DNA of 64,000 nucleotides, from the NCBI GenBank assembly GCA_965644315.1, contig CBFFRQ010000052.1:240214-304213 (forward strand). Reading direction: 5' to 3'. The position numbers were made by a program, and so were the translations under genes. How positions within the stretch are numbered: the first letter of the stretch is position 1; each line of letters opens with the position of its first letter. Below the pieces are notes generated by a model. It saw only the letters and a program-made list of their open reading frames with translations. It was not told the origin of the DNA and did no database searches. This stretch comes from Caecitellus pseudoparvulus. Taxonomy: Eukaryota > Protista > Bigyra: Bicosoecida. This document shows, in pieces, positions 58,543-64,000 of this stretch.

Positions 58543-60366
58543 ATGGCAGCAGAAAGCACCACCGCGGCAGCGGCAGCCACGGGTGCGGTGGACCCCCGCA
58601 GCTTCGAGCCGGTGGACGGCGCAGATGGCTGGTCTGCCCACGCTGTCTTCCACACCTCGGGCGCGACGACTTACACGTACGACGACCTGATCATGCTGCC
58701 GGGCTACATCGACTTCCCGACATCGGACATCGATCTGGGCTCCAAGCTCACCCGCAATATCACGTTGAAGGCGCCGCTGGTCAGCAGCCCAATGGACACC
58801 GTGACTGAGGTGCGGGATTTGAATGGCTTCGCGGCACTCACGCAGCGCTCACTTGCGGCGCCTCTGACCTTTTCAGCACAACATGGCCATCGCAATGGCT
58901 CTACAAGGGGGAATCGGCATCATCCACTCGAACTTGAGCGCCGAGGATCAGGCAAGGGAGGTGCGTGCGCTGGGATTCCCTCGCTTCCCGTGAACACGTC
59001 GCCTGCGTGGCAGGTCCGAAACAGGGCGCTCAGTTCCCGGAACGAACCATAATCGACCCCTCACAGGTCAAGCTCGTGAAACAATATGAGAATGGGTTCA
59101 TCACAAGCCCCGTCTGCATTGCGTGCGTGCAGCAGGCGTTGCCAACGGCGGGCCCAGTGCGGAATTTGCTCTCCCCGTGCCCTCTCTCCCAGGCCATGGA
59201 CCACCATTGCACAGGTGGCAGAGCTGAAGGAGAAGCATGGCTTCAGTGGATTTCCTGTGACGGAGGATGGCAAGCTCGGCTCTCGCCTGCTGGGCATCGT
59301 CACGAGCAGGGACACCGACTTCCGCGAGGATGACGCGACGGCGGTATCCGAGGTCATGTCCACTGACCTGACAGTGGCCAAGGAACCCTGCACGCTGAGT
59401 GAGGCCAACCGCATCATGCGGGAGAGCAAGAAGGGCAAGCTGCCCATCGTGGACGGGGCGGGAAACCTGAAGGCTCTCACGTCCCGTGCCGACCTGAAGA
59501 AGTCGCGAGACTTCCCCCACGCCTCCAAGGACAGCAACAAGCAGCTGCTGGCCGGCGCCGCCATCGGCACGCGCCCCGCCGACCGGGATCGCCTGGCCCT
59601 CCTGGTGAAGGAGGGCCTGGACGTCGTCGTCCTGGACAGCAGCCAGGGCAACAGCATGTACCAGCTGGACATGGTGCGCTTCATCAAGGAGACGTACCCG
59701 ACCCTGGACGTCATCGGGGGCAACGTCGTCACCCGGCGGCAGGCGCTGGCACTCATCGCAGCAGGGGTGGACGGTCTGCGCATCGGCATGGGCGTCGGCT
59801 CCATCTGCACCACGCAAGAGGTGTGTGCCGTCGGCCGTGCCCAAGGCTCAGCAGTGTACCACGTGTCCGCAGCGGCGGCAGCACACGGCATCCCCACCAT
59901 CGCCGACGGCGGCGTATCGTCGTCCGGGCACATCATCAAGGCGCTGTCGCTGGGCGCCTCCACTGTCATGATGGGCTCCATGCTGGCCGGCACGGAGGAA
60001 GCCCCTGGCAGCTACTTCTACCAGGACGGCGTGCGCCTGAAGCGGTACCGAGGCATGGGCAGCATTGAAGCCATGACCAAGCGCGACGGCACCTCTGCCA
60101 AACGGTACTTTGCAGAGGAAGGCGCCACCATCAAGGTGGCGCAGGGCGTCTCCGGGGCGGTCGTGGACAAGGGCAGCATTCGCAGGTACGTGCCGTACCT
60201 GCTGCAGGGCGTGCGCCACGGGCTGCAGGACCTGGGCGTGCGCAACCTGGCCGAGCTCAACGCTGCTCGCGAGGAAGGTCTGGTGCGATTCGAGTTGCGC
60301 TCTGCTGCGGCGCAGAAGGAGGGCAGCGTGCACGACCTGTACACGTATGAGAAGCGGGTGATGTGA
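58543..60366 (+). CDS. IMPDH: Inosine-5'-monophosphate dehydrogenase
   Basis: [22 protein letters not shown] pair, [33 protein letters not shown]. Introns 58810-58876, 58961-59066, 59123-59192. Confidence 0.96.
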
Positions 60367-60882
60367 ATGCAGGCGCTCAGGTGGTGGGCATGCCCCGCAT
60401 GGCTGCAAGCAGCACTAGGACATAGACCACTGGGATGGGGTCTCGTTCCCTGACGTGGAGACTTGAGGCGCCGACGGAGGAAACTTGCGGTTTTTGGCGT
60501 GCTCCGGCTCACACCTGAGGGGCGCCGAAGCTGCAATGCACGGTGATCAGAAGCCCTGGGAAAGCAATGTGCTCCAGGCGGGATTGCCATGCCATGAACG
60601 AAGCAGTCCCACAGCATCCTGAAAAAGCTGCAGCCGAACCTCCCTCGGTTGGGAAGGGTGACTCGGGGAGTCACAACCCGAATCGTGCCTCCGTGCCCAC
60701 TTTTCATTATGTGTGCAGTTGACAAACTCACTTTTCCTTCAGTTCATCTGGCACTCCCAGGACTCTGCCTTTTGAACTCTTCCAGGCCCGTCGCGTGTCC
60801 ATCTCGACGAATTGGCGCGAAAGGTTGCTGTCCCTTCCGCTGCACCTGCACACCAACTGCGAGAAAACGCCGCTTGTATACA

Positions 60883-62139
60883 ATGGGGAACCTGTGCTGC
60901 TACAGGATGGGTACTGGGCAAGCGTGTAGGCGAGAGTGTAACTTTGCATCCGTCTGGTGTTGGAGGGAGGCTGGCAACACACTTGTGCGGAACTTGCGTT
61001 GCTCACACTTCCACAAGCCTGTGACCGTGCGCGGGAACCGAGGGGCATTCCACGCCACACAGCACTCCGCTTTGCAGGTAGACACTATGAGTTCCCGTGC
61101 GGCTTGCTGGCAGCTGCTAAATGGTCATTTCTTGCTCCTTGCGCTCGTGTTCATGCTGTCTGGTTGGTCTTTGCAACTCCGGGCAATGACTCAAGACTAT
61201 GTTCCTGACAAGTCTGAAATCGTTGCTGCCATATCAGTTGTGGCTGCAGCAATAGATTTGCTTGAATGGTTGTTCGTCATCGGCTCTGGCCAACCCTTCT
61301 CTCCCACAGTTGCTATTTGGCTGTGTCCTTTTCCTGGCGAAACTCCGCATGGAAAGTACATGGTGCTCAGCGAAAGGCTTCTGAAGGACTCCTTGACCAG
61401 GGCAGAGAGAGAGGACAGCTCGACAGAGAACGTAATCATGTCCCTTACTGCGCTGCCACCAGCATGGGATCTCCGCTGCACCTCTGTTCGGCACCAAGAT
61501 CACGCAAGCAGACTTCCAAACTCAGGTCGCCGAACCGGCCTCTGCAACTGCCTAAACATAGAAGTTATCGCACGTGGCCAGGAAGAGCTCTCACGTCAGG
61601 ATGCCAAGTCAAGTGCACAGTTGTGGGATTTGGCACGCACAGAGGAACTTCAGGCTGAGGCGGTTGACAAACTTGCATGGTACTTTTTGAATTGCTTGCC
61701 ACGCTGCTTGCTGCAAGTGTTTTGCTGCATGGGGAGTGCAGAGCAATTTGACGATGGAGGCGCTCAGAGTCCAGAGGTTTCGCCTGGTGTGAAGAGGGAG
61801 CGTGTGAACCAAGAAACGAAGCTAACCCACAGCATGTGGCTCAAACTCCTTCGAGAAGCAGCTCGAGAAGCACATTACCGCCTTCTTCGCCATCAGTTTG
61901 TGTTTTCAACGAGGGTCCGACTATCTCTCATCAGTGCATTTGTGGTTTTCTGTGTCGGTGTGTACAGCCTCTACGCCCCACGTCTTGGAATTGAGAGCTC
62001 GTCGACGGTCTTGTACATTCGGGTAGTTCAGCTTGCTGTTATTGGAATGAAAGTCCTGGCTGGAAGGCTGCCGATTCTGGCAAGCTGTGGAATGTTCTGC
62101 TTGAATCGCTGTTATTGCCTTCGCAGCATCTGCACCTGA
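60883..62139 (+). CDS. Orphan Cys-rich membrane protein (about 4 TM) with MGNLCC N-terminus; start tentative
   Basis: Long ORF in ~50% GC DNA; two hydrophobic helices near each end; probable in-frame intron 60985-61077 (GTGCGG...TTTGCAG). Alternative start at ATG 61088. Confidence 0.55.
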   Translation: MGNLCCYRMGTGQACRRECNFASVWCWREAGNTLVRNLRCSHFHKPVTVRGNRGAFHATQHSALQVDTMSSRAACWQLLNGHFLLLALVFMLSGWSLQLRAMTQDYVPDKSEIVAAISVVAAAIDLLEWLFVIGSGQPFSPTVAIWLCPFPGETPHGKYMVLSERLLKDSLTRAEREDSSTENVIMSLTALPPAWDLRCTSVRHQDHASRLPNSGRRTGLCNCLNIEVIARGQEELSRQDAKSSAQLWDLARTEELQAEAVDKLAWYFLNCLPRCLLQVFCCMGSAEQFDDGGAQSPEVSPGVKRERVNQETKLTHSMWLKLLREAAREAHYRLLRHQFVFSTRVRLSLISAFVVFCVGVYSLYAPRLGIESSSTVLYIRVVQLAVIGMKVLAGRLPILASCGMFCLNRCYCLRSICT

Positions 62140-62193
62140 GCAGTGGAGTGCAGCACTTTTCTCTGTGAACGTTGTGGCTTTCTTCGAGCTGCT

Positions 62194-63839
62194 TCAGGTC
62201 CTGATGGGCAGAGTGAAGGTGCTGAATCGGATGAAAGGACCAATTCCCAATGCAGAGCCCCTGTATCTGTTCACAACAGAGATGCTGTGGTCGCAAGTCC
62301 CATATTCGATGATGCTCCGCGTACTGCCAGTGGCGGTGGGGATCGCAAGCGGGTGCCCCGCCAAACACGCTCACGCCATCCTGCCCGCTGACAAGGAGAT
62401 CTGCCCACAACGGACGAACCTGTCAGGCGTGCGCAAATGCACACATGAGCCCATCGCCACGATCATTGGATTTCGCACCCCCGGCCACGCTGCCCTCTTC
62501 CATCGCCCCACGGGCGGGTCCAATAGCTTGGTTGTGTCTCACGCTTTCGGACAGCTTCCCAGTGCACGTCAACCATGAGCAGCGCACAATCAGAACTGAT
62601 GACCATGAGGCGGGCATGCTCTTCCTGTACACACGATGTACCCGACTCAAGTTCTTCGTCTCCGCCCTCGACCGCTGCCTTGTCCAAGCCTGCCTCTACG
62701 TCCTCGACAGGTGGGTCGAGATACAGCAGCGTCGTTCCAACATTGGCTGTTTGGGTGGAAAAAGGTGTTCTCCGCAGCCACTCACTCACCCCAGGTCGGC
62801 TCAGCGCATGACTGAGAATGCTGCAAGGATCCGAAGCAGCGCCACTCGGGAAAGATGTCAACATGCGGATCACGCGCGATGACCTGGCCACTCTGTCGCC
62901 GTCAATGTCTTCCCACAGTACGTGGAGCAGCACTCGCGAGGGTCGGAGCTCGTACTCGCTCGGGTGGTGGAGGACCCAGTTCAATGGTACGTGTGGAAAT
63001 TGCACGGCAAACCGCAAAGCGAGCACCTCACGCAGGTGAGCAGGCTTCAGCTTCTCGCACGCCGCATCCACCAGGTATCGCAAGCACGACACACCGCACT
63101 TCTCAGAGTGCTGCACGACGTCATCTGCAATGCATTCCAGCGCCCCTCGCCTCCACACAGGCTGGCGCAAAGGCTCATTGCGGATGGTGTTCAAGCCAGT
63201 CACCCAGCGCAGGATCACCTCCGCGTGGTTCTCCTCCAGCGACAGGTCCGTCCACGCAGCATCTGGGCACTCATCGGATAAGCGTGTGCCCGCCTGCACC
63301 ATGGCTTTGTTCAGCAGGTCCAGCACTGCCGCCTGCCTGCGCATGAGTGGAGCACGCAGCCAAGGAGGCCCGCACCTGTTGGGGTTGGTCACGATCTTGA
63401 TTTCATACGCCAGCTGCACAAGGACTTGCCCACAGGCCACGGCGAACTGCACCAGCGTCACCGCAGGGTGGCAGTGTGGGACGAGGAGGCTCCCAGTGGC
63501 GTCTGCGGCAATGCCCAACAGCTTGGCTTGCAGGGCCGCCGCCGCGCCTTGCTCTGGGAGAGCGACTGCCGCGCTCCCCACCATTGAGGGATGAAGTGGC
63601 GCGTTCAGCACACACACTGTCTCAGGGAGGGCGCACAGAAGGTCATGAAGCACAAGGTCTGGCAGCTCCTTGACTGTTGAGTCATCAAGGATGGCACCAA
63701 TCTGCTTGCGCCAGCTGCTGGGGACGTGCATGGGCGTCTGGTCTTCGTGTCGATCCATGGCTTTGGCGGTCATGGGTGATTTGCCGTTGTGTTGACGGAG
63801 GGGGCGAGTGAGCTCCCCGCCCACGGACTCGGCGGCCAT
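62194..63839 (-). CDS. Orphan protein; 3' end extended by two putative short introns
   Basis: 458-aa ORF. Introns 62420-62478 (GTGCGA...CTGACAG) and 62324-62374 (GTGAGC...GGCAG) remove both stops and give ...ATRSIIEYGTCDHSISVVNRY...FTLPIRT*. Confidence 0.5.
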
Positions 63840-64000
63840 TGCAGTGGCTGCGTTTCAATTTCAATTTCTGCAGCTGAAACGCGAGGGCTGCGCAGTGCCA
63901 GGGCAGAAGGCGCGACACTGGGGTGTGTTGAGAAGGCCCAAAGGTGTGAGTGTGGTGAGTGCTCCATTCGGTATGTGAGCGGGAGTGGCGTTTGTGCACG

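Noticed and set aside
60400-64000. Endogenous virophage/Polinton or retrotransposon
   Set aside because: No capsid, packaging ATPase, integrase, RT, terminal repeat or target-site duplication seen; ORFs carry host-like intron signals
1-64000. tRNA, rRNA, CRISPR array or telomeric repeats
   Set aside because: None recognised by eye; small ncRNAs in the 200-535 nt gaps cannot be excluded without an Infernal/tRNAscan search

Overview
Gene-dense, GC-rich (~65-70%) eukaryotic nuclear DNA. By inference it comes from a flagellated protist, plausibly a stramenopile: CFAP58, LRRC56-like and NEK genes, a CBM20-TPS-TPP fusion and GTGCG-type splice donors. About 28 protein-coding genes fill nearly the whole window, and most six-frame ORFs are antisense or off-frame shadows. 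I rebuilt the gene models by hand, with about 42 short introns (63-115 nt, 5'-biased, one GC-AG) plus a few tentative ones in the last two genes. The left edge is a >2000-codon BEACH-type gene missing from the ORF track because it runs off the window. No rRNA, tRNA, CRISPR, transposon or viral hallmark was recognised. The most notable signals are architectural: convergent stop codons only 5-54 nt apart, a candidate AAUGCA 3'-end signal that often lies inside the partner's CDS and forms a palindrome between UBE2S and RPB5, and 12 consecutive genes alternating strand. Also notable are a probable double-pseudoenzyme TPS/TPP, a DUSP12 with a split zinc domain, and a lower-GC block of two orphan genes at the right end.
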